Shown here: in pieces, positions 50,921-63,540 of the stretch
Layout of the letters: every line of letters begins with the position of its first letter
How positions within the stretch are numbered: position 1 is the first letter of the stretch
Origin: Adineta vaga
Lineage: Eukaryota > Animalia > Rotifera
Reading direction: 5' to 3'
Assembly (NCBI GenBank): GCA_021613535.1
Contig: CP075493.1
Span: 12,772,001-12,836,000, forward strand
Length of the DNA stretch: 64,000 nucleotides
The notes under the pieces: generated by a model
What the model saw: the letters and a program-made list of their open reading frames with translations, nothing else
The model's database searches: none
Told to the model about the DNA's origin: nothing
Position numbers and translations under genes: made by a program

Positions 50921-53057
50921 ATGATCATCAACTATTCGATTTTGCTTATTATTAATTTGTCTTTCATCCAAAGTAACGAGCCAAAAAGTATTAAAAATGA
51001 TCTTTCTCGATCATTATCTATGGATGAAGCATATTTAATTGTACACAATACAAATTATTCAAATAATATTACATTATTTGGAAATAAAATCGTATGCGAA
51101 TATTGTAATCTTGAAAAACTGACCATGGTTGCTCCAAATAAAAATCATACTCTAATTATTGATACAAACTATGCATATGATTTAGAAGTACACTCATCGA
51201 TATCTAATATAACTTTATTATGTAAGTTTATTTCATATAAATTCAATGAACATGGTACATATGTATTGAATTTCGTGCATAATGCATCATTGGAAAGTAG
51301 ATGCACTATTGAACAAATTGGGAATTTAAGTTCTTATTCGACACCTGTTATCCTGGGTATTTTATTCGTGATTGTCTACACCGTCCTAGTTCAACTTTGG
51401 AAACATATAGATTATCGTCGATACTTTAAACATTTTCATCGATTACTAAACGAAAATCTTAATAGAACTCGACCAAATTTATCTCAAGGTATCAATATAT
51501 CTGATGAAACTACTGCTCCAGATACTGTTGATACTACCAATCATGTACCCAAAAGTCAATCGCGGATGAAACGTCTTCGTTCGTTAGATACGTTTCGAGG
51601 ATTTTCTTTGATGGTGATGATCTTTGTTAATTATGGTGGTATGTATTGGATATCTGGGAATATAACACTTAATCTTTCTTATAGGTGGTGGTTATTGGTT
51701 TTTTGATCATTCAAGTAAGTTAGAAAAAAACTCAAAGAGTTCCTATTTCTGTATTATATAGCTTGGAATGGATTGACACTTGCTGATCTTGTCTTTCCTT
51801 GGTTTACTTGGATGATGGGAGTTTCCATTGTTCTTTCGCAACGATCTCTTCGTTTGAAAAATGTACGAAAACGAACTATGTTATGGAAGATTTGTCGACG
51901 AACTATTATTCTCATTCTTCTAGGTAAATAATCAATGTTTTTCTTATTTTTAAAATTTACAAAGGTAATTTAGGATTATGTGAACAACCTCATTTAATGA
52001 AATTCAAAGATCTTCGTTTTTGTGGTGTTCTTCAACGATTAGCAACGTGTTATTTTTTTACCGCAATACTTGTTCTTATCTTTGACAAAGATGTGAAACC
52101 AGACACGACATCATCCTCTGCTGGTAAGTGATCGTGATCGATACTTTTTATTTACATTGTTATATGGTTTTAGATGATTATCAACGAGAACAATCATTAC
52201 GCATTGAATTATACAGGAATATTTTTCAATATTGGCTTCAATGGTTATTTGTTATCTTGTTAGTGATTATTTGGATTTTAATCACGTTTCTTCTTCATGT
52301 TCCCGATTGTCCAACAGGCTATTTAGGTCCTGGTGGAAAACATAATCATGAAAAATATTGGAATTGTACTGGAGGTACGATTTTAGGAAAGAAAAATGTT
52401 TATATAACATTGATTGTTTTGTAGGAGTTGCTGGATATATAGATCGATTGATTCTAGGGAAGTCTCATCTATATAATGAACCGACTTGTAAAGAAATTTA
52501 TTCTACGAAAATACCGTATGATCCAGAAGGTAAGAACGATTGTTTATTCGTAATATATGTTGTTCTTTCAAGGTATTTTGGGTAATTTAACGGGAATTCT
52601 TCTCTGTTATCTTGGTGTACAAGCTGGCCATATTTTTATTCATTCTACTCGTGTTTCTCGTATCTGTCTTCAATGGTTTGCATGGAGTATTATTTGTGGT
52701 TGTTTTGGTCTTGGTCTATCCCAAGGTGGTCAATCGGATAGTTGGATTCCAATCAATAAAAATCTTTGGTCATTAACATTTGTTTTCACTCTAGCTAGTT
52801 TAGCTTTTCTCATTCTTCCTATTCTCTATCTTCTTGTCGATGTTCGTCAATGGTTTACTGGTGCTCCATTTGTTTGGTTAGGAATGAATTCTATTGCGAT
52901 TTACATGTGTCATGGTCTCTTTGGAGTTAGTTTTTTCGTACAATTTGATGTCAAGAACACTCATGCTGCACAATTAGCAATGAACCTTTATGGTGCATTC
53001 TTCTGGTCATTGATTGCCGGTTTGATGTATCATAAGAAAGTTTTTATTGCCATTTGA
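50921..53057 (+). CDS. HGSNAT: Heparan-alpha-glucosaminide N-acetyltransferase, multi-exon
   Basis: [83 protein letters not shown]. Confidence 0.9.
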
Positions 53058-53167
53058 TTATCTCCTTATGAAATATGTCGATTGACTTGCATATCTTTTC
53101 AAAAAAAAGTTTTCTTATACGAAACCATCTATGAAAATCAATGAATATTAGAATTTATTTCGAGGAG

Positions 53168-53646
53168 TTAATATGTGATAATCCAAAGAATAATAGTGAA
53201 AACTAAGAATAAACCAAAGGAGCTCGAAAGAACAACACCCGTATTACATGCATCGTCTGTACAACAATTTTGAAAGTAACCTGTACCATCAACAACAAGA
53301 TTGTATTCAGCGCAAGAATCAGTAGGAGATGATCCTCGTCCTACTAAAATTACTTTTCCACGAGATAGTGTAGTTATTTTCTAAAACCAATATTTTATAG
53401 AATTAAACAAAATTATAGACTATTGAATCGAGTTACTAACTGTGCAAGAACATCCCGATGCACAAGATTGAATAGTGACGAGATTTGTTGGATCAGGACA
53501 ATTTGAACAGACATAACATTTCAAACCATAAATTGCTTGTTGCGAAGCTTAAACAAAAATATTCTAATAATTGATTTACAATCTAAAGAGAACTAACCGA
53601 AGAGAAGAAGAAGAGCAAAGGTCATACCACGAAGTGATGCAGCCAT
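53168..53646 (-). CDS. Small Ly6/uPAR (three-finger)-like protein, probably GPI-anchored, 3 exons; absent from the ORF track
   Basis: Spliced: MAASLRGMTFALLLLF|ASQQAIYGLKCYVCSNCPDP...CASGCSCT|KITT...CCTDDACN + hydrophobic tail; LKCY and CCxxDxCN signatures. Confidence 0.8.
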
Positions 53647-54192
53647 TGTATAGAAATAATTTGATCCGACTAACAGTATTTATTCTGAAGGTTGACATAC
53701 ATTTTTGTATGCTTTCTTTTTTAAAACATTATTAAAATAAAACGAAGGTGATAGGACAACATCATTCCGTTCTGACCAATAAAATGATCAAATATTGTTT
53801 TCACTTGGTACTACCCAAAGTAGAAAATCAGTCATGTTATCTTCAAATAAATAACTTAATCGTTTATTTCATTTGTCTAATCTCGTGGTTCTTTTTCTCC
53901 TCGTATAGTCATCTGTCGAGCAAGAATTTTTTCTTCTCATATCACCACCACACGTTCGGTGAAATAAAAATGACGTTGTAATACATTTTACATCGAAATG
54001 ACACCCTGACACTAGTCATCTATGAGTAATGGCTTATTTTTTTGACGAGAACGGCAAACGAGAAAGAATTAAATATGCAGTAAAGCATCGTTTTTTATAT
54101 TAATAAAATAAGAAGTGTGAAAAAACCTTGATACAACTATAAATATATGCAAGAAGAGCAACGGTGAAAGAAAATATAATTTTTTACTCGAA

Positions 54193-55062
54193 ATGTCGTC
54201 GAACTCATCTCGACTCTTCTTATTTGATTGTGACGGTGGTCGTAGTAATCTGTTTTTGGAATTTCCAAAAAATCAAATTCCAAGCACTGATGAATTATAC
54301 CTATTTTGGAATAATACCGACGAAAATATCAATAAAAAATTACAACAATTGAAAGTCAGTGACAACATTCATTTGGTACCCAGTTATAAAAAAAATGTTA
54401 AGGATTCAGCAGATGGAAAATTAATCTATTTTCTTGGTAAATTAGCAACTAAATATGATACAATCACCATCGTTGGAGGTGGTGATCGCATCTATGAAGA
54501 GGTAATCGACGCTGTGAAAGCTGATTATCCTGAAAAGAATATTAAATTGAAAGAAATTCAATATCCTAGCAGTTCGGAATTAATTGCAATATTAAATTTT
54601 ACTCCTAGAGATGCTATTATTCGTATCGTACCAAATCAACGAATTCGTTGTCCTGAATGTCCTAAAAAATCAAAAACATATCTTCCAGCTGGACTTCGCA
54701 GTCATTTATTAGGATCAAAACGACATTCTAAGAAAATTATAGAAGTATCTGAAAATCATTTAAGTAGTCCGAAAAATTCATTGTCTTGTTCAACAGCAGA
54801 AATAAAGTTAATCCATCCATCATTACAACAAGGAATATTAGAAACCTCCAGAAAGTCCAAAAAATGCCCATTATGTTTAGCATCATGCAAACAAAAATAC
54901 AAAGCAATTACATTATACGAACATTTGAAAAAAAAACATCCCCAATGCAATGACGTCAAAATTCAATGCTGTAATAAACAGATTACCTATGATAGCCTAG
55001 ATCAATTTCGTCAGCATGCTCTTACCGATCCATTTAATATGACATATAAAATATATGCTTAG
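54193..55062 (+). CDS. PIN/NYN-like nuclease domain plus C2H2-type zinc fingers, intronless
   Basis: LFLFDCD, KDSADGKLIYFLG and IVGGGDRIY acidic motifs; CPEC..H..H, CPLC..HLKKKH, CC..H. Confidence 0.6.
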   Translation: MSSNSSRLFLFDCDGGRSNLFLEFPKNQIPSTDELYLFWNNTDENINKKLQQLKVSDNIHLVPSYKKNVKDSADGKLIYFLGKLATKYDTITIVGGGDRIYEEVIDAVKADYPEKNIKLKEIQYPSSSELIAILNFTPRDAIIRIVPNQRIRCPECPKKSKTYLPAGLRSHLLGSKRHSKKIIEVSENHLSSPKNSLSCSTAEIKLIHPSLQQGILETSRKSKKCPLCLASCKQKYKAITLYEHLKKKHPQCNDVKIQCCNKQITYDSLDQFRQHALTDPFNMTYKIYA

Positions 55063-55199
55063 ATTTTATATTACAAGAGACATCTTTTTTATTCTGTAAT
55101 GCAGTGTTATTTTTAAAGCAAACATCTAAAAATATTATTAAACTAGAATGAAGTAATAAAATTGATTTCTTCTCAATATTGACTGTCCTTTTCTTTTTC

Positions 55200-56420
55200 T
55201 TCCTCGATGGATTACATGCGCTTGAATCTTTCGTGTGGTTAAATGATCGTTTTAAACATCTTCTTTTCGCATTCATACATTCCATTAAGTCTCAGTTTTT
55301 CACTGACATCATTCGTTGTTTTTCAACGTCGTTCCTCACTTATTGCTCAGTTGGACGTAGTACATCGAATTGTCTCACTTCATCTAAAAGATCCAGCGCA
55401 CAATGGCCACTTTCTGACATCATTCCCTATCGCCTCTTCTTTCTAACTATTGATGTACATATCGAACGAGGACTCATACCTCCTGAAAATACTCTTCATT
55501 TAGTATTTAGTTTAACTATGTTGAAGTATTGTCAAATATCATTCAGTGACTTGTACTCTGTCCGTAGATCATCGATCTGTATTGATCAATGCAGTAATAT
55601 TGAACATTTTGTGACCGATCAATAATAGCAAGGTGTTTACCTAATTTAACTCACGTCTCTCTTAAAATTGACACAAATTTTGATGGTTTTGAGATATTTG
55701 CTATCAATTATTGTAGTCAAATGCAGGTTTTACGTTTCAATAATGATAACAACTCTAGGAATACAGATATATTAGATGCTTATCGTTGGGAACAGCTGAT
55801 CTTTCAACATATGCTTGATTTGCGTGTATTTAACATTCAGTGTTGGTATTTATTAAATCCACAAAATTCTACATATAGCAATGAAAAATTCATTCTGGCT
55901 CAAACGTCAGTGGTATTTTGATTATGATGATGATGTGCACGAACATGGTTATGGAGCAATCTTTTACTCGATGAAACCTTACTGGTAAAGACAATAAACT
56001 AATTATATAAGAATAACTTACACTTCCTATTTGCTTGCAGGAGACACACTTATAAATTGAATGAAAATGTGCACGTACTGAAACTGAATTTAATTCTGTT
56101 CATCATCTAAAAATACAAGGATCCCATTAAATGATTACCAACTGTTCATTGCGATTTTTAAACATTAGCAATTTAACTCTTTGTATTACTGATCGTGGAA
56201 GTGATTCTAGTTTATCATAGACTTGAATTATTTCATCCCATTGGTACAACTAACACAATTAACTGTGAACTGCAAAGATTTTTCCATTACGACCCTATAG
56301 TTGAATTGATGCATCGTTCACTGAATATTCGTATATTAACGTTTTCTTCAAATACATTTTGTTTATCTAAATACCATCAGTATGAAAAATTTGGACGCAA
56401 ATATATTTCTTTTGGTAGTC
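55200..56420 (+). pseudogene. Degraded F-box/LRR-like relic
   Basis: Fragment ILDAYRWEQLIFQHMLDLRVFNIQ and other LRR-like pieces interrupted by stops and frameshifts. Confidence 0.45.
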
Positions 56421-56476
56421 AACATTGGAAAATTTTTATTCTTTCACTTCTTTTCTTTATTTTAGAATCAATATAA

Positions 56477-57533
56477 TTATTTAGCTTCCAATTTAGATAA
56501 ACATAAACGAAAAATATTCTGAGGAGCATCGTCCATACTATCATAGCATGGAAAATAATTAACATCGACAACGGCATAGTCGTTGGTATTTGAAACTTTC
56601 AAAATATCAATACTAAGAAGATTGAGTTGAAATTGTTCTCGAACAAGATGAGCAATATTTTGAAGGCGAGTTTCGTCGATTATTTTTGCAGATGGTGAAA
56701 TTCCATTTTGATTTTTTGATAATTCATCATTTGAATCGAGTCCTGATACATCAAGAGAATTAAAGGCAATTGTATCATGTATTTTTTCATTTTTCAGATT
56801 ACGAACAGATTTTCGTTCGACTACTTGAAAGATATCTTTACCCACTAGAAAAAAAAATAAAACAAAATATATGATTTTCTTCTAATTGAAATGCAACAGT
56901 TCACATACCAACATTAATCTTAAATAGAACTGCATCATGTTCTATGAATTGTTGTAAAATACATGGTCGATTACATTCTGTTAGATGTTCTTTGTCAAAT
57001 ACAATTTTATGATAATGTGAACTTAATGGTGCATCACATTTCAATGGTTTACAAATAAGCGGAAAATTAATACTTAATTTAGCTAATGATGACTCTATGT
57101 CATGTTCGTCATCGTCTTCCAACACACGTAAATACGGAGGAACATGAAAGACATTAGCTCCTTTAGCTGCTGCATCACTTAAAATACAATATTGTTCGTA
57201 ACGATCGAGTAATGGAAAGATTTTATCAGGAGAATCGATAATAATGGTTTTTGGGCTTTGCATACGTAAATAATCGAGTAATTGAAGCCATGCTGGATCG
57301 ACTGTTTCACAAATAATATCACTTAGAGTATGAATAATTAAATCAAATGAAGGAGAATTGTTTTTTTCCTTTAGATATTGATTAAAAAACTCGTCATTTA
57401 ATTCTGTTGTTGCAATTTGTGCTTGTCCACATAGCTCAAGGAAAACATCGAAACGTAATTCTTCAAATTTCACTGGTGGAACAAAATACGCTAGATGAAA
57501 TCGAAAGGATTTCAATGTTTTATCCGAATCCAT
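56477..57533 (-). CDS. ITPK1: Inositol-tetrakisphosphate 1-kinase-like ATP-grasp protein, 2 exons
   Basis: FPLICKP, PCILQQFIEHDAVLFKINV|VG (intron 56845-56908), RKSVRN, IDIL, YAVVDVNYFPCY. Confidence 0.8.
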
Positions 57534-57926
57534 TAGTAATATGAAAACAAAAATAAAAACAACTTGTTTATCAAATACAACTCAAAACGTAAGTGACGAA
57601 AATTGTACTTATGTTTTTCTTTCTTGCTCACACAACGCTTAGCAATATTTTAGAATGAAGGATATGCTTATTAAGAAATGCGTAATATCGCTACCTGCAT
57701 ATATTTATACAGTCCTTATTTTGTTATCAATGAGTATTCGATGCAGTTACTCATTTAGAAAGTTTTATTTTCTATAAAGAAACGTGCGTATATATTGTAA
57801 AGGTGGGTGTTCTTTTTACATGGCTATTGACTCATGGTCGCTTGCATAAACTGTATACTCATACAGGGGTTTTTAAGTCGAATGTTTTTACACAAACATT
57901 TGTGAGCAAAACTTCTTGCAGTGAAT

Positions 57927-59219
57927 ATGAAAACCAGTAAAACAAACCCATTAGTTATTCCTGATTTAATATACTTAGAACGTTATGTGAATGTTGGCAC
58001 ACGTACATATAGTAAAATGTCTTCGTATACAGAATTACCTGAACAATATCGTCCTGAAACACATGAAATTCCATTTTTTGAAATTCAACTATTTACCTTA
58101 CCTCGTCTTTATGTTGAATGTACAGTAGCTAATCCATCATCTGCTCTATATAATCATTTCATACATAATGATGAAATGAATGTTTCATTTGCTGTTCATC
58201 CAGTTGTGTTTGAAGTCAATAAAACAAATCCTTCACCATGGATACATTTATTACAAAATCCTCGACAACATCTAAAAACATCATTACTACGTGTAACACC
58301 ATTTGCATCATCACGTAGTTTACTTGTTCTTGATTTATTCACTAAAACGAATCGACCATTACCATCATTTGTTGTTAAATGTCATTGTCCAGTACGTATT
58401 TCACGTTATTATCGTAATCTTGGACCAAGAACAATTCATCATTCAATTCTGATGAGTGGTGAATTAGAAAGTATTGATATACCTATCTTACCGGAAACTA
58501 TTGGCATATCTTTACCAGCAACAAAAGATGGAAAATATGGATGGGGATTTCTTATTCGAGAAATGACACCACGACCAATAATACTTCATCGAGAAACAAA
58601 ATTAATTCCATGTTTTTCATTATATGGTCTTGATCTTCATCATCTCGATGATGAACCACTTTTGATTCAATTAATTCGACATCAATCAAAAAAATCACCG
58701 GCTGATTATATTCTCGATTATATTATGATACCAATTATTCAAAATTTTTGTCGAGCATTTTTACATTTAGGTATTTTACTAGAAGCACATGGACAGAATG
58801 TTCTTTTGGAAATCGATTCAAATACAAATGAACCTTTACGTGTTGTTCATCGCGATTTTGATTTAGTTGTTGATTCTAGAATACGACGAGCTCGTGGATT
58901 ACAATTAGAAAGTTTTTCTCAATTAAAGTTTAAACATGGCCTATCAGATGATCAACCAGAAGGTGGTTGGCTAAGTATGATCTATGATTCTTCAATTGGA
59001 CATCATCATTTTAGTTATTTAGCAAAGCTTATTGAAAATTATTTTTCTATACCGGCAAGTTTCGTTCAAGAACAATGTCAAAAAGCTTTTATTGAAGCAT
59101 TTCCAAATAGCAAAGATTATTTTCCTGAAGAAATTCATTATTATTCTGATACACCAATTGATGAAGATATCTATCCAGTAGTTTCTACTGGAAAAAAACC
59201 TATTTGGCGTCCTTCTTGA
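57927..59219 (+). CDS. IucA/IucC-family (NRPS-independent siderophore synthetase-like) protein, intronless
   Basis: FAVHP, TPFASSRSL, VVKCH...SRYYR, ILPE, GFLIRE, PCFSL, LEAHGQNVLL, VVHRDFD motif series. Confidence 0.8.
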   Translation: MKTSKTNPLVIPDLIYLERYVNVGTRTYSKMSSYTELPEQYRPETHEIPFFEIQLFTLPRLYVECTVANPSSALYNHFIHNDEMNVSFAVHPVVFEVNKTNPSPWIHLLQNPRQHLKTSLLRVTPFASSRSLLVLDLFTKTNRPLPSFVVKCHCPVRISRYYRNLGPRTIHHSILMSGELESIDIPILPETIGISLPATKDGKYGWGFLIREMTPRPIILHRETKLIPCFSLYGLDLHHLDDEPLLIQLIRHQSKKSPADYILDYIMIPIIQNFCRAFLHLGILLEAHGQNVLLEIDSNTNEPLRVVHRDFDLVVDSRIRRARGLQLESFSQLKFKHGLSDDQPEGGWLSMIYDSSIGHHHFSYLAKLIENYFSIPASFVQEQCQKAFIEAFPNSKDYFPEEIHYYSDTPIDEDIYPVVSTGKKPIWRPS

Positions 59220-60168
59220 CAATTTTGTGTATTTTTCAGCAAAAGAAAACATTTGTAAAATATCTATTTGCAAATGACAATCGAAATGTTCGATTCATTC
59301 AGGTTTCATCTTCCATGGTTATAATAAAGTCTCAATCAGCTTTGAGTCATATGATTATTTTAGTCAAACTACGACGAATTATCTATTCGAATATGAGAAA
59401 TAAATCTTAAAATTCATCATACCACTCATATCAATTGGTCAGTCTGAAATCTCTGAGTCTCTATAATCTAAACGCAATTCTGTAAGTTCTCTTTTCGTTG
59501 TATTTTATTTAAATAGTTAGAATTCAAAATAGTTGAAATGGACAGATTATCTGTTGATGTAATAAAAATATACTACCACTTATTTATCTCCTTTCTAAGC
59601 ATGTGCTATTCATATGATAAGATAATGCATGTCATTTGATTGACTTTGTCTGAAATATAGCCTTCGTACAGTAATCAAATTAGAGGTTCTGACATATAGT
59701 TTATAGACAAAGAAAATAACAAGTTAACGTACTATGATACACATGAAATCTGAATAAATGGAGTACCAATAATACTAAGGAAGAAAAATTTTGAAGGCAC
59801 GTATTCAACTGAAGTATTGTAGACACACAGAGAAAAAAACGAAATAAACTTGGACAAAAACAATCTAGACAGATAGGGTATTATTCTTAAAAAAAGGAAA
59901 AAACCCGAAGACACGAAATAGTATTATCTATTTGCTTTCTTCCTTTCTTGACTAGTTTATGGTATATTTCTTTGTTCTGAGTTATTTTTGATTCATATAA
60001 CCTGAATATTTCTAGCTTGTACGCATATTTATATGCAGTAACGGCTTATAACGAAACGGGAGATTTCACTGTCGATCTGATAGCAGAATTATTACAGTAG
60101 AATAAAATGGTCTTAATTATGGTGTTTTATAAAATGTTTTTTTTGTCTATTTAGAGACAATAAATCGA

Positions 60169-61612
60169 TTGAATATGGTTGAACCTAGAATAAAAAATAC
60201 ACTGATTCCAAAAAAATTATTATTCCGACCATGTGCAGTTATTATTAGACGGACAGGAGCTGGAAAAACGACAGTAGTAAATGCACTTTGTGGAACAAAA
60301 CATGCAGCAGGTGAAGGGAAAGGAAACATCACTCGAAATTTATTTCGTAATGATGTTTCCTTTAGTAATAATATATTTTCTTTGATTGATACACCAGGAA
60401 TGAATAGTTCGTCTTAAATACGATGGTCGATTTGATAAAATGATAGACAATTATTTTGAAATGGAACAACCAGTTTATAGTTATGCTAGTAAAATTATTG
60501 TTATCATATCTCATTGGAATCAATCGTAAAATCCGGAAAATAGTTTTGAAGAAATTTGTGATTTATTTGAAAAAGACTGTCCAATGGTAAAAAATGTAAT
60601 TTTTTGTTCGGAACAAAGTCCCAAAGCACAAGTCGCAAATTTCATGTATAGTTGTATATCGAATATGAAGGAAGAAAACTTAGAGATATCAGATAAAGAT
60701 TTTTTCTGAGATTCAATATAGTCAAATGAAGAGTCAAATGAGAAGTTCATTTGTACAATATCAAAAAAAGCTGGCTTATTAGAACGCGAGTATAGTGAAT
60801 TAATTTCTTCCATTCAATCTGCATCTTCTCAAGATAAAGATGAAATTTTACATATAACTATAGTGCAATTTAAAGATGAAATGGAAACATTATTAGAAGA
60901 CTTTCGACATGAACATGAAAGTGCGATGCATGACCTAGATTATTATACATTTTATATCAAAATGGAAAAAGAAAATGTTAGAATATGTGATGAGTTTGTG
61001 GAAAAAGTAGTCCCATTGATGTCATATAATTTATTCGATAATCAAGATCCGAGAAATTTAATTAAAAGATGTCCAAATTGTCAATTGATTTGGTTTAAAA
61101 CAGAAGGTTGCGATGGACAGACAACATGTGGACGCAGGGGTTTTTCGGATCATACAATCTTTAGTAGTAAAGCTTTTTGGAAATATCAATTGAAACGAAT
61201 TGGAGGAAAATTACATTGGGAAAAGAATCCGGTAAATGAAACTGATGTTGGGGCATCGTTTATGCCTCCGAGTCCAGATCTTGACGAAAATGATGGACTA
61301 GATTTGGAAGAAAATCGTCCAGAATCCTTCATGAAATATATTGTACCATGGCCTGCACATGTATTCAAAGTATACCGACGATTGTCAAGAAGATCCATTG
61401 ACGAGAGCACACCAGATAGCAAAGATGGCCAGCGAGTTGGTTGTGGAAAATCATTTGTATGGTCTAAACTTCCTAAAATAGAAGATGAATTAATTCTTGA
61501 ATTATTTAAAGTCAAAACAATTGATCAAGCGAAACAATTAATAGAAGCTGGTAATTTTAAGGAAGCTCGACAGAATTATGACTTTGAAATTGATTCAGCT
61601 TTTCATTATTAA
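60169..61612 (+). pseudogene. P-loop GTPase (G-domain) fused to an IBR/RING2-like module, disrupted
   Basis: RTGAGKTT and LIDTPG followed by TAA at 60415-60417 and more stops at ~60526 and ~60707; open C-terminal frame 60863-61612 with KRCPNCQLIWFKTEGCDGQTTCG. Confidence 0.65.
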
Positions 61613-62065
61613 ATATAACATGTTCTTCATTCTCTAAAATAAATTAACCTGGTAATTCTAATTTGAATATAAATATACATTCAACTACTCGATATCATCC
61701 GAAGAATAAATCACGAAACTTCAGCTAGAGTTTTTTTTGTACAGAAAAGAAATACATTTTATTATCGATATGCGATTGTACTTCAGCTAAAACGTTTTCC
61801 TATAAGTATAGGAATATATGGGAATAGTTTTATTTTAGTTACTATTCATTCTAATTTATAAATATATACATAAGTTTTTTCTTTCTTATTGTGAAACTGC
61901 TGATTCATCGTTCGCTTTTCTATTTTGATATGAAAATAGGATCTACATATCATACAGAACGACGAAAAGAATCTCACGTTTATTTGCCATTATGAAATTT
62001 TATTCTGCACTATTCTCGACGTCCTTTTATATGAAACAAATCATTGCGAAATACATGTGTTACAA

Positions 62066-63491
62066 ATGTTAAGCAAAACAACACTATCACTGCATACGTT
62101 GCCGCTCGAGTTATTTTATAGAATATTAGATCATCTCAATGTGGAGACAATTGTTCTGTCATGTCGTAATACCTGTTCAAGATTTAATACGATCATAGAC
62201 ACATACCATCGATATCGGGTTCGATTCAGTCTCTATGACTTCATTAGTTGATCTGATTTTAGAATAATTGTTCACTTGTCAATTACATTTTTTATAGACA
62301 TGCTCTGCACTAAACTTTGAATGTAAAGATATAAATGATAAAAAAACACAACATATCGCCAATACTATTCAACATCACGAAGTAAATACCATATTTCTCA
62401 TTTCTTTTCTCAATGAATACTTCATTATCTATTTTGAACAGACACTTTCAGAACTTCTGTTACAAAGTAATAGCATCGGTTCATTAGGAGCATACTACAT
62501 GGCTAATGCTCTTGAACATAACAAGGTAATACAATTGCATAACACCATCTTTCTCATGGAATATGTCATTTCTAGACAATTACAACAATTACTTTGAACA
62601 ATAATCCAATCGGTGACCAAGGTGCACAACATTTAGCCAATGTTCTGAGACATAATAAAGTATGATTATTCTAAAATTCTTCTTATATCCTCACTTACCC
62701 CTCTCTATAGACACTTACAACACTTCACTTGAATTCTAACGATATCGGCAATCAAGGAGTATACCATCTAACTAATGCTCTTCAACATAACAATGTAATA
62801 TACTTTCGATGATCACTTTGTTTATTGAATCAATTACTGACTTTTTCCTAGACAATTATGATTCTTAGTCTTGGTTGTAATCAAATCGGTGATCAAGAAG
62901 CATATTATCTAGCCAATACTCTTGAACATAATAGTGTAAAAATCTTCTTGTTTTCATGTCCATTATACATGTGTTAACTGTTTTTATAGACACTTTCGTC
63001 ACTTAGCTTACATCATAATTGCATCGGTCCACAAGGTGTTCAATATTTAGCAGATGCTCTCAAATACAATAGTGTATATAGACCATTTTAATCATTCTTT
63101 ATCTTGAAACTAATATTCGTCTCTTAACAGACACTTACACTACTTAATTTGAGTTGTAATAAAGTTGGTGATCATGGTGCTCAATATCTTGCTAGTGCTC
63201 TTGAATACAATAACGTAAGATACAACTCTCAGTAATTCTTTGCTTTTTTTATTCAGTCTATTATTTGATCACAGACACTCACCACAATTGAGCTGTCGGG
63301 TAATAAGATTGGTAATCAAGGAGGAGAATATCTAATCAAAAGTTTACAACAAAATAAGGTACTCTAATTTTACTCAATCATTTACATTCTACTTTTCGTA
63401 GACACTCACTGCACTCTATGTCAAAATCAATTCGATGACTGATGATATTGAACATCGCATCAGTCAATTAATAAAAACTAAACAGCATTAA
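62066..63491 (+). CDS. F-box-like + LRR protein, 10 exons (84-nt phase-0 LRR exons); paralog of 4476-8795
   Basis: Exon 1 62066-62218 (LHTLPLELFYRILDHL); LRR exons start at 62298, 62442, 62576, 62711, 62852, 62990, 63131, 63275, 63402; TAA 63489-63491; no stops seen. Confidence 0.85.
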
Positions 63492-63540
63492 ATTATTCTT
63501 TTTTAAAACAATGAAAGAATGATTGACTGAAGTATGAAAA

